64,000 bases of DNA. It comes from an uncultured Gammaproteobacteria bacterium (lineage in GTDB: Bacteria > Patescibacteriota > Patescibacteriia > PEXW01). The notes beneath the pieces were generated by a model. The model ran no database searches, was not told where the DNA came from, and was given only the letters and a program-made list of their open reading frames with translations. The stretch is taken from assembly GCA_964486505.1 (NCBI GenBank), contig CAZAMC010000002.1:129656-193655 (forward strand). Direction: 5' to 3'. Below are positions 46,243-56,724 of the stretch, one piece after another (position 1 is the first letter of the stretch; each line of letters begins with the position of its first letter). The translations under genes were made by a program, and so were the position numbers.

Positions 46243-49200
46243 ATGCCGAACGTTACCCTCCGTGAGTCTACGACCCTGACCGCAACGGAGCGCTACCCGG
46301 CACATGGTTTGCGCATTACCCGCCGTCATACTACTGCCGGCACCGATCCGCTCTCGCAAGTGCAGTACGAAAAGCGGACCTCGGTCATCAAGGGCACAGA
46401 CGGCCGCATCCTGTACGAAATTACCGACGTGGAAGTTCCGGTAACCTGGTCTCAAGTGGCTACGGATATTTTGGCGCAGAAGTACTTCCGCAAAGCGGGC
46501 GTGCCCGTTGTTGACGAGCACGGCGCACCGGTGCTGGATGCACAGGGGAACGTGGTGACCGGATCGGAGAAGAGCGCTGCTCAAGTCGTGCATCGCATGA
46601 CGCAGTGCTGGCGCTGGTGGGGCGAGCAGTATGGGTACTTTGCCTCGCCGGAAGACGCCCAGGCCTACCAGGATGAAATGGCATACTTCCTCATCCACCA
46701 GATGGGCGCGCCGAACTCGCCGCAGTGGTTTAACACGGGTCTGCACACGGCCTACGGCATCACCGGCCGGCCCCAGGGGCACTACTACGTTGTGCCAGAG
46801 ACCGGGGAAGTGGTGAAGTCGGAAGACGCCTACACCCACCCCCAGCCGCACGCCTGTTTCATCCAGAGCGTAAACGATGACCTGGTTGGCGAAGGCGGCA
46901 TCTTTGATCTCGTTACCCGCGAGGCCCGCCTTTTCAAGTTTGGCTCGGGAACCGGCAGCAACTTCTCCAGTCTCCGCGCCCGCGGTGAGAAGCTTGGCGG
47001 TGGCGGTACTTCCTCGGGCATGATGTCGTTCCTTCACGTCTTCGACAAAGCCGCCGGCGCTATTAAGAGCGGCGGCACCACTCGCCGCGCGGCCAAGATG
47101 GTCATTGTGAACGTTGACCACCCCGACGTGGAAGAATTTATTAGCTGGAAGGTGAAAGAAGAGCAGAAGGTTGCCGACCTCGTGACCGGCAGCAAGATTA
47201 ATGCGCGCTACTTGCAGGACATCATGGCGACCGCTCACGCGGAAGGAGCCACGAGCATCGGTCAGTCGGCCAAGCTCAAAGCCGTGGTGCAGCAGGCAGT
47301 GCAGCGTAACGTCCCACTCAACTACATTGCCCGCGTCTTGGATTTGGTTCGCCAGGGCCAGAAGACTATCGATTTCCCCGTGCTCGATACCCACTTCGAA
47401 GGGGAGGCGTACGCCACGGTATCGGGGCAGAACAGCAACAACACCGTGCGCGTCACCAATGACTTCATGGACGCGGTGCGCGTGAATGCCCCCTGGAACC
47501 TCACCGCACGCGTGAGCGGGGAAGTTGTGAAGACCGTGCCTGCCCGTCAGCTGTGGGACCAAATTAGCTACGCGGCGTGGTCCTGCGCTGATCCGGGTTT
47601 GCAGTTCGATACCACGGTGAACGAGTGGCACACCTGCCCGGCGGACGGCCGCATCAACGGGTCTAACCCGTGCAGCGAGTACATGTTCCTGGATGACACG
47701 GCGTGCAACCTCGCGTCCATGAACTTGGCCAAATACCTGGATGCTGAAGCCGGCCACTTCGACGTCGATAGCTACCGCCATAGCATTCGGCTGTGGACCA
47801 TTACCTTGGAGCTCTCCGTGCTCATGGCGCAGTTCCCCGGCAAGGAGATTGCCCGCCGCAGTTACGCCTACCGCACGCTCGGCCTTGGCTACGCCAACCT
47901 GGGCACCGTGCTCATGACCATGGGCATTCCCTACGATTCCGAAGAAGCGCGGGCTATCGCCGGCTCCCTCACGGCCATTATGACCGGCGAGAGCTACGCT
48001 ACGAGCGCCGAAATGGCAAGTGTCGTTGGTTCTTTCCCGGCCTACGAGCGCAACAAGCGCCACATGCTCCGCGTTATCCGCAACCACCGCCGGGCCGCCT
48101 ACGACGCGCCCGCGGACGAGTACGAAGGCCTCACCATTACCCCGCAGGGCATTGATCACACGGCGGTTCCGCCCTACCTCGGTGATGCCGCCAAGCTGGC
48201 CTGGGACCGGGCCATTGCCCTGGGCGAGCAGCATGGCTTCCGCAATGCGCAGACGACGGTCATTGCGCCCACCGGCACCATTGGCCTCATCATGGATTGC
48301 GACACCACGGGTATTGAACCCGACTTTGCCCTGGTGAAGTTCAAGAAACTCGCTGGCGGCGGCTTCTTCAAGATTGCTAACCAGTCCATGGCCACTGCTC
48401 TGCGCCGCTTGGGCTATACCGAAGCGCAAGTACGGGATATGGAGAACTACGCCAAAGGTCACGGCACGCTGGATGGTTGTCCGACGATTAACCCCGAAGT
48501 GCTTGCGCAGAAGGGGCTCAATGAAGCCGATCTAGCCAAAGTAGAGGCGAGCCTGAAGACCGCGTTCGACATTCGTTTTGCCTTTACGCCGTTTGCCCTG
48601 GGCGAAGAGACGCTGAAGCGCGTTGGCCTCACCGACGAGCAGCTAGCCGACCGCGAGCTCAATGTCCTGAAAGCCATTGGCTTCTCGGATGCGGACATCG
48701 CGGCGGCGAACGAGTACGTCTGCGGCACCATGACCATTGAAGGTGCGCCCCACCTGAAACCCGAGCACCTGCCTGTCTTCGACTGCGCCAACAAGTGCGG
48801 CGCCAAAGGTACCCGGTATATCCCGTACGACGCGCACCTCAAGATGATGGCCACGGCCCAGCCCTTTATTTCCGGCGCCATCTCTAAGACCATCAACATG
48901 CCCAACGAGGCTACGCTCGTGGACATCGACGCCGCCTACCAGAAGAGCTGGAAGTACATGCTCAAAGCCGTGGCGCTCTACCGCGATGGCTCGAAGCTCT
49001 CGCAACCGCTCAACAGCCTTTCGGGCCTGGATGAGATTGGCCAAGCCGAAACCCAAGAGGAAGAGGTGAATGAGCAGGTTACGCCTCAGCAGGTGAGCGA
49101 CGCCACGGCGGCGCAAGCGGCAGGCCAGGCCATTCGCCGCGCCTTGCCCAACAAGCGGCACGGGTTTGTGCAGAAGGCCTACGTGGGCGGGCACAAGGTG

Positions 49201-49764
49201 TACCTCCGCACGGGCGAGTACAACAACGGCCAGCTCGGCGAAATCTTCATTGACATGTACAAAGAGGGGACGGCCTACCGCAGTCTGCTTTCGATGTTCG
49301 CCATTTCCATTTCCAAAGGTTTGCAGTACGGCATCCCGCTGGAAGAGTACGTGGACACCTTCACCTACACGCGCTTCGAACCAGCTGGCCCTATCCAAGG
49401 CCACGACAACGTGAAGATGGCTACGTCAATTCTGGACTACGTCTTCCGCGTGCTGGGCTTTGAGTACCTGGGCCGCACCGACCTGGTGCACGTGAAGCCC
49501 GAGCCCAAGGAGAAGACCATGGACCTGCATACCCCCGCTCCGGTGCAGCAAGCCACTCTGCCCATTACCGTGCAGACCGCAGCGCAGAAAGAAGCCGTGA
49601 AGAGCAACGTGAGCTTTGGCATGGAGCAGGTGGAAGCCAAGCACGAGGCGCGGCAGCAGGGCTTTACCGGCGACCAGTGCGTGGCCTGCGGGAGCATGAA
49701 GATGAAGCGCAATGGCACCTGCATCCTTTGCTTAGACTGCGGCGAGACCACCGGGTGTAGCTAG
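46243..49764 (+). CDS. nrdJ: class II adenosylcobalamin-dependent ribonucleotide reductase
   Basis: [34 protein letters not shown]-terminal TSCPD/Zn-ribbon domain. Confidence 0.95.
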   Translation: MPNVTLRESTTLTATERYPAHGLRITRRHTTAGTDPLSQVQYEKRTSVIKGTDGRILYEITDVEVPVTWSQVATDILAQKYFRKAGVPVVDEHGAPVLDAQGNVVTGSEKSAAQVVHRMTQCWRWWGEQYGYFASPEDAQAYQDEMAYFLIHQMGAPNSPQWFNTGLHTAYGITGRPQGHYYVVPETGEVVKSEDAYTHPQPHACFIQSVNDDLVGEGGIFDLVTREARLFKFGSGTGSNFSSLRARGEKLGGGGTSSGMMSFLHVFDKAAGAIKSGGTTRRAAKMVIVNVDHPDVEEFISWKVKEEQKVADLVTGSKINARYLQDIMATAHAEGATSIGQSAKLKAVVQQAVQRNVPLNYIARVLDLVRQGQKTIDFPVLDTHFEGEAYATVSGQNSNNTVRVTNDFMDAVRVNAPWNLTARVSGEVVKTVPARQLWDQISYAAWSCADPGLQFDTTVNEWHTCPADGRINGSNPCSEYMFLDDTACNLASMNLAKYLDAEAGHFDVDSYRHSIRLWTITLELSVLMAQFPGKEIARRSYAYRTLGLGYANLGTVLMTMGIPYDSEEARAIAGSLTAIMTGESYATSAEMASVVGSFPAYERNKRHMLRVIRNHRRAAYDAPADEYEGLTITPQGIDHTAVPPYLGDAAKLAWDRAIALGEQHGFRNAQTTVIAPTGTIGLIMDCDTTGIEPDFALVKFKKLAGGGFFKIANQSMATALRRLGYTEAQVRDMENYAKGHGTLDGCPTINPEVLAQKGLNEADLAKVEASLKTAFDIRFAFTPFALGEETLKRVGLTDEQLADRELNVLKAIGFSDADIAAANEYVCGTMTIEGAPHLKPEHLPVFDCANKCGAKGTRYIPYDAHLKMMATAQPFISGAISKTINMPNEATLVDIDAAYQKSWKYMLKAVALYRDGSKLSQPLNSLSGLDEIGQAETQEEEVNEQVTPQQVSDATAAQAAGQAIRRALPNKRHGFVQKAYVGGHKVYLRTGEYNNGQLGEIFIDMYKEGTAYRSLLSMFAISISKGLQYGIPLEEYVDTFTYTRFEPAGPIQGHDNVKMATSILDYVFRVLGFEYLGRTDLVHVKPEPKEKTMDLHTPAPVQQATLPITVQTAAQKEAVKSNVSFGMEQVEAKHEARQQGFTGDQCVACGSMKMKRNGTCILCLDCGETTGCS

Positions 49765-49784
49765 AGGAACAACCTTGCAACGAT

Positions 49785-49814
49785 AAAGAGCGGATCCGTA
49801 TGGGTCCGCTCTTT
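49785..49814. terminator. bidirectional intrinsic terminator
   Basis: AAAGAGCGGATCC-GTAT-GGGTCCGCTCTTT. Confidence 0.8.
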
Positions 49815-50424
49815 AGGAAAGAAGTTTTTTTGGATGACGTTGGGCAAGGAGGCCAACACCACCATGGAGTATGAGACAGAGGACTGGGTACACCAGTTGG
49901 TACGGCCCATCATCTAATCGCGGGTCAAATTTCCATTGCAGGAAGATGGCCGTGAGGCTGAATACGTAGGCGCCGCTCCAGAGGTACCAGGGAAGGACGC
50001 GCTGTTCGGTGGTGGGGTCACGCCAGACACCACGGTAGGTTGGATAAAACGAGATGACGATGGGGATTTGCAGGAGGAGGTACGCTGCTTTTGAGCTCTG
50101 GAAAATAATCCATACACCTGCAGCAATGCAGCCAAAGGTGAGCGCCGTGACCTCGTACCGGTCGAGAGCTTTGAACTTCCCCAGTCGGAGCGCATTGAGG
50201 AAAAGGTACAGCGTCACCACGGTGCTCACGAGGGGTAGCGCGCTCTTAATGACATCATGCGTACTCGCGAGGTAGGTGGCGCAATTTAGTGTGCTCAAGA
50301 TAACCCAGAGCGTCCACGTTGCTGGATTGGGTGTGGATGTACCCCGTCTCATATTCCGGTTGTAAAGGAAAACTGCCGCGACATGCATCAACGCGGCAAT
50401 AATTGCAAACGTTGCTGCAAGCAC
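49813..50424 (-). CDS. multi-pass membrane protein (PQ-loop-like duplication)
   Basis: 6-7 TM segments, PNPATWTLW and PTYRGVWRDP; own promoter and AAGGA SD. Confidence 0.7.
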   Translation of the reverse strand: MLAATFAIIAALMHVAAVFLYNRNMRRGTSTPNPATWTLWVILSTLNCATYLASTHDVIKSALPLVSTVVTLYLFLNALRLGKFKALDRYEVTALTFGCIAAGVWIIFQSSKAAYLLLQIPIVISFYPTYRGVWRDPTTEQRVLPWYLWSGAYVFSLTAIFLQWKFDPRLDDGPYQLVYPVLCLILHGGVGLLAQRHPKKLLS

Positions 50425-50665
50425 AACAATCCTTTCGTTTTGGGTTTGTGTTAGCCGATGAGTCTAGCAAAAATGAAGATATTGTCAATCAGCTGGATAT
50501 GGATAGAGCGGACCGGGGAGGCCCGCCCTTTTGCATTGACAAAACCAGCAACTGGCGTTACATTGCGAGGCCTGTTCTTTGACACTCGGCCAGCGGAAGG
50601 CTGGCTGGTTAGCCCGTAACCAATTCTGGCGGAAGGCCAGAGAGTATGTGAAAGGAGGTACCCGC

Positions 50666-51613
50666 ATGCGGTACCAAACGTCCACGCGCGTGCAGCAGTT
50701 GCAAGCGCAGTTCCCTGAACTCCAACACATCATCCCGCGCTTCAAGCGTGGCGATGGTCCGCAGCACCGTATTCGCATCCTGGTGCAGCGGGCCGATCCG
50801 GCCTTCTTGTACACGTATGCAGAGACGGCAGATGGCGAGCGCAGCCACTGTGAGCCGTTGCCGAAAGAAACGCATCTGCAGGGTTGCATCGCTACGCGTT
50901 ACAAGCACCTGTTCTTCGTCTTGCCGGATGGCACGATCGACAGCCAGGTTACCTGGGAAGACTTCCACGCGTCGTACTGCATTGATTTTCTGCGTAAGCG
51001 GAAACACTTGCTGCCGACGCTGAGTCGGGTGGTCGTGCTCGCCGTGCTCACGTGGTACAAGCGGCAGGACCCGCTTACTACCATGAGTTACCTCGGTGCG
51101 TACCAGAGCACTGATCTGGAGATCACCATCCACCAAGCGCCGACGTGCGGGTGGTCGGAACTCGTCGCCACCACAGACTTGAGCAAGAACGTACCGATGG
51201 GCTTTCGGGATCTCATCGTCGCGGGTTGCCGCTACGAGCGCCCAGACGTGAGACGCTACAATGACGCGCTCACGGAGATTGCTACGCTGTTTAGCACCCA
51301 GGTATACGCCAATGGTTTGAAGACGCTCATTGACGCGTCGAAAATCGCGGGTATGTCCGGTATGTTCAACGGCGTGGAGCTCATGAGTTGGGTTTCCGCG
51401 GGGCGCATTCCCATGACGGTGCAGCGCGGGAACATTGATGTAACGTTCAAATCCCTCGAAGGCGAGTACTACGAGGCCGGTGTGCACAGCATGCACGGGA
51501 CGGTAGAGGAAGTACGCGCGCTCGTGAACGACCTGGTTGCTGGCTGGACGGCGCTCTCGCAGGAGCAGCGCGCTAGCCAGTATAAGGACAACAAGAACGT
51601 CAGCATGTTCTGA
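50666..51613 (+). CDS. hypothetical protein
   Basis: AAGGAGG SD, 315-aa ORF, promoter TTGACA/TACATT, terminator 51621-51648. Confidence 0.75.
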   Translation: MRYQTSTRVQQLQAQFPELQHIIPRFKRGDGPQHRIRILVQRADPAFLYTYAETADGERSHCEPLPKETHLQGCIATRYKHLFFVLPDGTIDSQVTWEDFHASYCIDFLRKRKHLLPTLSRVVVLAVLTWYKRQDPLTTMSYLGAYQSTDLEITIHQAPTCGWSELVATTDLSKNVPMGFRDLIVAGCRYERPDVRRYNDALTEIATLFSTQVYANGLKTLIDASKIAGMSGMFNGVELMSWVSAGRIPMTVQRGNIDVTFKSLEGEYYEAGVHSMHGTVEEVRALVNDLVAGWTALSQEQRASQYKDNKNVSMF

Positions 51614-51702
51614 TCATTGCAAAAGGACTGTCGCAAGACAGTCCTTTTCATTTCGAAGAAGAGCAGGCCTGGAAGGTCTGCTCTCTTAAAAGGTGCTGGG
51701 GG

Positions 51703-52134
51703 CTAGAACTCCGCCTGCAAGGTTTGGCACAGTTCCACCACGTCCTGCTGGGGCAAGGGATCGGGCACGCCAATGAGCCCGAAGATTTTGGCCCCACGGA
51801 ACTCCACGGCAAGGTCAGCGGCGCGGGGAATGAAGTGCACGTGGACGTGCTCGTGGCCCGGGGCCTCGGCCAAGCAGATGATGTACTCCTTCGTGCAGCG
51901 AAAGTGCGCGTGGAGAATGGAAACAATTTTTGGGGTGAGCTCCTGGAGCTCCGAAAATTCTTGGACCGTTAGCTCGTGGAGCGCGGCGGCGTGGCGCTTG
52001 AGCACTAGCACGAGCCAGCCCCGAACTTTCACTGGGTACGTGTGCTCCAGTACCCAGTACTCGCCGTTGTAAATTGCTTCACCTGGTGAAATGCGATGCA
52101 CGCCCGAAAGTGACGCGCAGGTTTTGCATTCCAT
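51703..52134 (-). CDS. HIT family protein
   Basis: CKTC, GWLVLVLKRH, HVHVHFIPR; GAGGAGG SD. Confidence 0.88.
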   Translation of the reverse strand: MECKTCASLSGVHRISPGEAIYNGEYWVLEHTYPVKVRGWLVLVLKRHAAALHELTVQEFSELQELTPKIVSILHAHFRCTKEYIICLAEAPGHEHVHVHFIPRAADLAVEFRGAKIFGLIGVPDPLPQQDVVELCQTLQAEF

Positions 52135-52252
52135 GGTTGTCCTCCTCAGTATTTGTTTTCGTATGTTGCACGCTACTCTATGGTTTCTTCACTGCTTTGT
52201 CAATGTGAGAATGAAAAAGAGCGAGCTGGGGCGGCTCGCTCTTCGGTAACGA

Positions 52253-52615
52253 TCAGCTCGTCGGTTGCTGCGTGGCACTGCGCTGCCAAACGCGCTTGAA
52301 GGCAAGGGCCAGGCCAATGATGACGGCTACAGCCCACGCAAGTGTGAGGATCAGCTGCGCCTCTTTGGGGAACGCGTACACCAGGTAGCCGAGCGGGAGC
52401 ACCGTGGCGGCGACGCCCATCCAGAAGGGTGCAGTCTTCTGCGCCTGCGTGCCGTTTATCCAGGCAACGCCCAGGCAGAAGCTGCCACAGAGAATGGTAT
52501 AGGCGAGCGTGACCCAGAATGCGCCGCCAAGTTCGATTGCGGCTTGGAAGCCGAGCAGGAGCATCCCGGCGCCAAAGCCGGCGCCCCAACGTACTCTTTT
52601 CCAGGAAAACTGCAT
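52253..52615 (-). CDS. hypothetical 4-TM membrane protein
   Basis: four hydrophobic segments; AAGGAG SD; own promoter and terminator. Confidence 0.72.
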   Translation of the reverse strand: MQFSWKRVRWGAGFGAGMLLLGFQAAIELGGAFWVTLAYTILCGSFCLGVAWINGTQAQKTAPFWMGVAATVLPLGYLVYAFPKEAQLILTLAWAVAVIIGLALAFKRVWQRSATQQPTS

Positions 52616-52719
52616 GCGATCTCCTTCCTGTGGAACGGTGTGTTTTGTTCAACCCTGCCACGCGTGGCGCTGCATGTCAATGGAAAAGAAGCCACGCGGT
52701 GTACACGTGGCTTCTGCAC

Positions 52720-53127
52720 TTAGGCCTCGGCCGATTCCTTCAGGCGGTCGAGGATGTCGGGGAACTTTTCGTCTACGTCTTCCAGAATCGCCATCTTCGC
52801 CACAATTCGGTCGAAAATTTCGTAGCGGTAGCTGGCGAACAAACGGAGGACCGTGGCGAGATCTTCGTACTCCGCATTCCCCAGGGTGTGTACCCAGAAG
52901 AGGTACTCAATGTACACGTGGGGCACTTCCCGGATGGGGATGAGAACCGAGAGGACCGCACACGGTGTCAGGTGTTCCAGGGCTTCGCAGGTCATGTCCG
53001 CCAGCGTCGTCTGGTGGCGCACCACTCGGGGCACGTGCTCCTGGTAGAGCTCGTAGATTCTCTCGTACGAAATGGGCTCTGTTGCGGTAAGCGTCTGGAG
53101 CGATTCGTGGAAGGACAGTTCAGCCAT
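52720..53127 (-). CDS. hypothetical acidic protein
   Basis: AAGGAGG SD before ATG 53127; own promoter and terminator. Confidence 0.72.
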   Translation of the reverse strand: MAELSFHESLQTLTATEPISYERIYELYQEHVPRVVRHQTTLADMTCEALEHLTPCAVLSVLIPIREVPHVYIEYLFWVHTLGNAEYEDLATVLRLFASYRYEIFDRIVAKMAILEDVDEKFPDILDRLKESAEA

Positions 53128-53231
53128 GCATCCTCCTTTCACGGACGTTTCTTTGTTCACACTCTGCCGGAGTCCTCACGAGCCGTCAATAGCAAAAAAA
53201 GACCGCTTCGTTCCCGAAGCGGCGAAATAGG

Positions 53232-53573
53232 TTAGGCAGGGGCATTTGCTTTGGATGTTTCTCGCGCAGCGCGAGAGCGCTTGGTGGTGAGCATCCACAG
53301 CCGGATTGCAATGAACATGCTAGCAACAGTTACCCAGGCCAGAATGCCGAGGGCAACGTGCAGGCCCCACGCCAAGGAGAAGGGAACGACCACGCGGTCA
53401 TCAAGTGCCCGTTGGGCAAGCATGGTGAAGTGGCGTGAACTTCGGTACCCCGGCTCTTCATTATCGAGAATGATGTAGAGCGGCCAGGAAAAGAGCACCC
53501 AGAGCTTCCAGCGAATCCACAGGCACGCAATGCCAAGGTACAAGAGGAGACCCAGAACCCATGACCAGATCAT
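53232..53573 (-). CDS. hypothetical membrane protein
   Basis: GGAGGT SD; hydrophobic helices; own promoter and terminator. Confidence 0.65.
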   Translation of the reverse strand: MIWSWVLGLLLYLGIACLWIRWKLWVLFSWPLYIILDNEEPGYRSSRHFTMLAQRALDDRVVVPFSLAWGLHVALGILAWVTVASMFIAIRLWMLTTKRSRAARETSKANAPA

Positions 53574-53683
53574 ACACACCTCCGTTTGTGTTCGTTTCTA
53601 TCCTACACAGGCTCGCCTGAGCGTCAAGACTGCGGAAAAAGAAAACCGCCCCAGGGGTGCAGGCGGTTTGTCGACGGAGCTGC

Positions 53684-53989
53684 TCACTGTGTCGACTTGA
53701 CCAGGCGCACCGGTATTGGTGCGGCTTCCGGCATGGGCGCGGGCGCATCCAGGCGCGGGCCGACCGTGGACCACAGGTGCGGGTAGAGGGCGATGCTGCC
53801 CAGGATGGTCAGGATGCACGTGATGGCCGCAAATACTTTGGCCACCATCGTACCGAAGATCATCCCGAATGCAGCGGCGAGGGCGGTCGCCAGGCAGATG
53901 GCGACGAAGCAGAAGGCACACTTGAGGAAGGTGTTGCTTTCCCCTAAGCGGTCCATCGCGTTGCTAAAGAGCGTGAAGCTTTTCTTCAC
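53684..53989 (-). CDS. hypothetical 2-TM membrane protein
   Basis: AAGGAGG SD before GTG; own promoter and terminator. Confidence 0.68.
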   Translation of the reverse strand: MKKSFTLFSNAMDRLGESNTFLKCAFCFVAICLATALAAAFGMIFGTMVAKVFAAITCILTILGSIALYPHLWSTVGPRLDAPAPMPEAAPIPVRLVKSTQ

Positions 53990-54164
53990 TAGTACCTCCT
54001 TGTAGGTGTCTCTTTTTGGAACTGGACACCGTACACCGGGGTTGCCGATGTGTCAAGGGTACATACTCCCGGTCTGGAGGGTATTTCCAGGCGTTAACAC
54101 CAGTGTGCCAGTGTTTGCATATGAAAGCCCTCCACCGAAGTGGAGGGCCAGAAGAAGGAGGAGA

Positions 54165-54392
54165 TCACGGGAACGAAATTTCGAGGTGTGCATCATCCAG
54201 AGCAGTGACGTCTGGAATGGTGGTGAGTACGTACTCTCGGGTTGCTGCCCACGCCAGCGGGATGGCGTACGGCGCGCGGGGAATGTGGAATTCATCCCAG
54301 CGGATTTCGAGTTTCTCCCACTTGCGGCCACGAATGACCGCCCCGAGGAGTGTGAGGGTGTAGTAGACTCGCATTACTATGCGCCTTTCCAT
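54165..54392 (-). CDS. hypothetical protein
   Basis: promoter TTGACA/TAGAGT upstream, terminator GCCCTCCAC-TTCG-GTGGAGGGC downstream; start uncertain. Confidence 0.45.
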   Translation of the reverse strand: MERRIVMRVYYTLTLLGAVIRGRKWEKLEIRWDEFHIPRAPYAIPLAWAATREYVLTTIPDVTALDDAHLEISFP

Positions 54393-54523
54393 TGGCGCGT
54401 CCTATGCGAGGTTACAGCCGTCGTCCTATGCACGACCGATAGAAAGAACAGTGGACCGGCCACTCTAGCGGATTTTACGCCGGGTGTCAATAAGAACTCC
54501 CGTCAGGGTTGACGGGAGTCTTG

Positions 54524-54733
54524 CTAGTGTGCGCGGGAACGATATCTGGCTCGATTCCGGCAGAATTTTTCTGCAAGTTCCGCATGGTTGGTTTCACGCA
54601 GGATAGAGCAGATTTGGTCTTTCTCTTCTGCGGTGATTGTCGCCGTACGTTTTTCGGCCATGATGGTTGCAACAATGTCCTCGTCCTTTGTATTTCCGTT
54701 CGCGCACAATTCGCGAAATGCTGGTAAATCCAT
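54524..54733 (-). CDS. hypothetical protein
   Basis: GAGG SD; promoter TTGTGC/TATAGT; terminator 54492-54522. Confidence 0.62.
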   Translation of the reverse strand: MDLPAFRELCANGNTKDEDIVATIMAEKRTATITAEEKDQICSILRETNHAELAEKFCRNRARYRSRAH

Positions 54734-54824
54734 ACTACCCTCGGTTCCGTTTGTGCTCCGATGTTGGCCCCACTATACGGAAGGCCTAAAAAAAGCACAA
54801 CCCCCGTCGAGGCGGGGGTTGCAT

Positions 54825-54956
54825 TTACGCAGAAGTGGTTTCAGGTTCCTTATCCAGCTCCTGGTTAAGTTGCGCGAGCGCGTGGATGACCTCGAGAGCA
54901 TTGAGCTCGGGGCGGTCTTCGGTGAGGCGCTCCGCATGCGCGTACAAACTGTCCAT
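54825..54956 (-). CDS. small 43-aa hypothetical protein (below the ORF-track cutoff)
   Basis: MDSLYAHAERLTEDRPELNALEVIHALAQLNQELDKEPETTSA; promoter TTGACG -17 nt- TAGGGT; terminator 54788-54822. Confidence 0.55.
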   Translation of the reverse strand: MDSLYAHAERLTEDRPELNALEVIHALAQLNQELDKEPETTSA

Positions 54957-55156
54957 AAAGTATTTGTAAAGACGAACCGGATACCCTAGCACGGCCGCCC
55001 GAATCCGTCAAGGCTGGGACACTGGAGGAGTCTGGAAAAAAAACGGCCCCAGCGCAGTCGACTTCCACACCACTAGGGGGAGAGTGGGTGGAATGCGCGT
55101 GGGGCCGGGGAAATGCACGAGTTGTATTTTTTCTTCGTTCTCGTACTCTACAAGGC

Positions 55157-55744
55157 ATGGCTCCTATGGTCAAACGCATTGCCCCCAAACGCCTGCGACC
55201 ATTCCCCCACGGCATTACCGTGGCGTACATTGGCGATGGCAAAGGAAAAACCACAGCCGCGGTTGGCGTGGCGACCCGTGCCATTGGCTATGGGTGGAAG
55301 ACCTTATTCTTCCAGTTCTTCAAGAGCCCCCAGTGGCCCTCGGGGGAGCGAGACGCCTTGCGGAAGCTGGGTGCCACGGTGGAAGTGCATGGCGAAGGCT
55401 TCGTTGGTATTCTGGGCGATCGCAAAGACCTCCGAGAGCACCAAGCGGCGGCTCGCGCTGCGCTCCAGCGGGCCTGGCGCCACCTGACGTCGGGACAGTA
55501 CCAACTCGTGGTTCTCGATGAAGTCATTTCCTGCTTGGAGCAGAAACTTTTCCCAGTAAGTGCTCTCGTGCAGTTTCTGCAGAAGCGGCGCCACCACGCC
55601 AAGGCCAAGAATGTCCACCTCGTGCTCACCGGCCACCAAAAATTTCCCGCCGTCCTGCAGCTGTGCGATGTGGTTTCGGAAATGAAAATGGTGAAGCACC
55701 CTTACTACAAAGGTTTCATTGCCGTGAAGGGGATTGATTACTAG
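55157..55744 (+). CDS. cobO: cob(I)alamin adenosyltransferase (CobO/BtuR)
   Basis: YIGDGKGKTTAA, QFFK, VVLDEV, VLTG, KHPY...GIDY. Confidence 0.92.
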   Translation: MAPMVKRIAPKRLRPFPHGITVAYIGDGKGKTTAAVGVATRAIGYGWKTLFFQFFKSPQWPSGERDALRKLGATVEVHGEGFVGILGDRKDLREHQAAARAALQRAWRHLTSGQYQLVVLDEVISCLEQKLFPVSALVQFLQKRRHHAKAKNVHLVLTGHQKFPAVLQLCDVVSEMKMVKHPYYKGFIAVKGIDY

Positions 55745-55745
55745 C

Positions 55746-56477
55746 ATGCGGCGATTCGTACTCGGCACGGGTATCGTCGTTGTCTTTAGCGTACTCACGG
55801 GGTGTGCCGCGACAACGATCAATCAGAACCTGCACCAAGCCGTTGCCGATGCGAACGTGGTCAGTAACCAGAACGTGAATAGTACCGTGCCAGTGAACGT
55901 GCCTCTGAACGTGAACACCGCCACACATGTGCAACCAACACCCGCGAATACGAACGTGCAGTTACCCGCTGCACTCGTAAGCCCGCTTGACCAAAGAGCC
56001 GAGCGCGTTACGAAGAAGCTGTTTGGCACGTACATCACGCCCGCAACCTCGCCCATCCAGCCCGAACGCTTCACTGGCTACCACACTGGCCTCGACTACG
56101 AGACGTTTGCAAGTGAAGCAAAGTTGGATGTGCCCGTCGTGGCGGCGTGCACAGGGAAAGTCCGGGCTCGGCAGACCGTGTCTGGCTACGGTGGCGTGCT
56201 TGTCCAGCAGTGCGTGGTGGCCGGACAGACTGTCACGGCCCTCTACGGCCACATTCGCTTGTCGTCGGTGAAGGCGAAGGTTGGCACAGAGCTCAAAGCT
56301 GGTGCGCAGTTCGCCGTTCTTGGTACAGGTTTTTCTTCAGAGACGAGCGGTGAGCGCAAGCACCTCCACTTCAGCCTGCATAAAGGCGCGACGATAAACT
56401 GGCGTGGGTACGTGGGCTCGAAAGCCGCGTTGGGGGAGTGGTTGGATCCATCGCCACTTTTTTCGCAGAGTATTTAG
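55746..56477 (+). CDS. M23 family peptidase, lipoprotein
   Basis: lipobox LTGC; HTGLD, LYGH, HLHF. Confidence 0.88.
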   Translation: MRRFVLGTGIVVVFSVLTGCAATTINQNLHQAVADANVVSNQNVNSTVPVNVPLNVNTATHVQPTPANTNVQLPAALVSPLDQRAERVTKKLFGTYITPATSPIQPERFTGYHTGLDYETFASEAKLDVPVVAACTGKVRARQTVSGYGGVLVQQCVVAGQTVTALYGHIRLSSVKAKVGTELKAGAQFAVLGTGFSSETSGERKHLHFSLHKGATINWRGYVGSKAALGEWLDPSPLFSQSI

Positions 56478-56529
56478 GCGTTTTGTCCCTTCCCACCGGG
56501 GTGTGCTACACTCTGGAGGCTTTGACAAC

Positions 56530-56706
56530 CAAGCAGGTAAGCCGGTGAGAATCCGGTACGGTCCCGCCACGGTATCCCGACCCAGCATTGGGTGCAGGGG
56601 AGTCCGACGCCTATCCTGCGTTCCGCAGGATGAAGACAAATCCTTCGGGAAAAGGTCGAACAAGGATGGATATATCCTGCGACTGCCCTGATGTTGCAGG
56701 TTTTTC
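56530..56706 (+). promoter_or_regulatory. cobalamin riboswitch with terminator platform
   Basis: AGGTAAGCCGGTGAGAATCCGGTACGGTCCCGCCACGGTA...GAGTCCGA B12-element core; terminator CCTGCGAC...GTTGCAGG-TTTTT. Confidence 0.85.
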
Positions 56707-56724
56707 GTAACTAGCAAATTTTTT

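Noticed and set aside
46189-48462. 757-aa minus-strand ORF (similarly 43521-45125, 5940-6896, 23079-24179, 26735-27991)
   Set aside because: Antisense shadows of well-supported genes in GC-rich DNA, with no recognisable motifs or start signals
49813-55043. Prophage or integron
   Set aside because: No structural, terminase or integrase genes, and the spacers share no attC consensus; kept only as a modular-array finding
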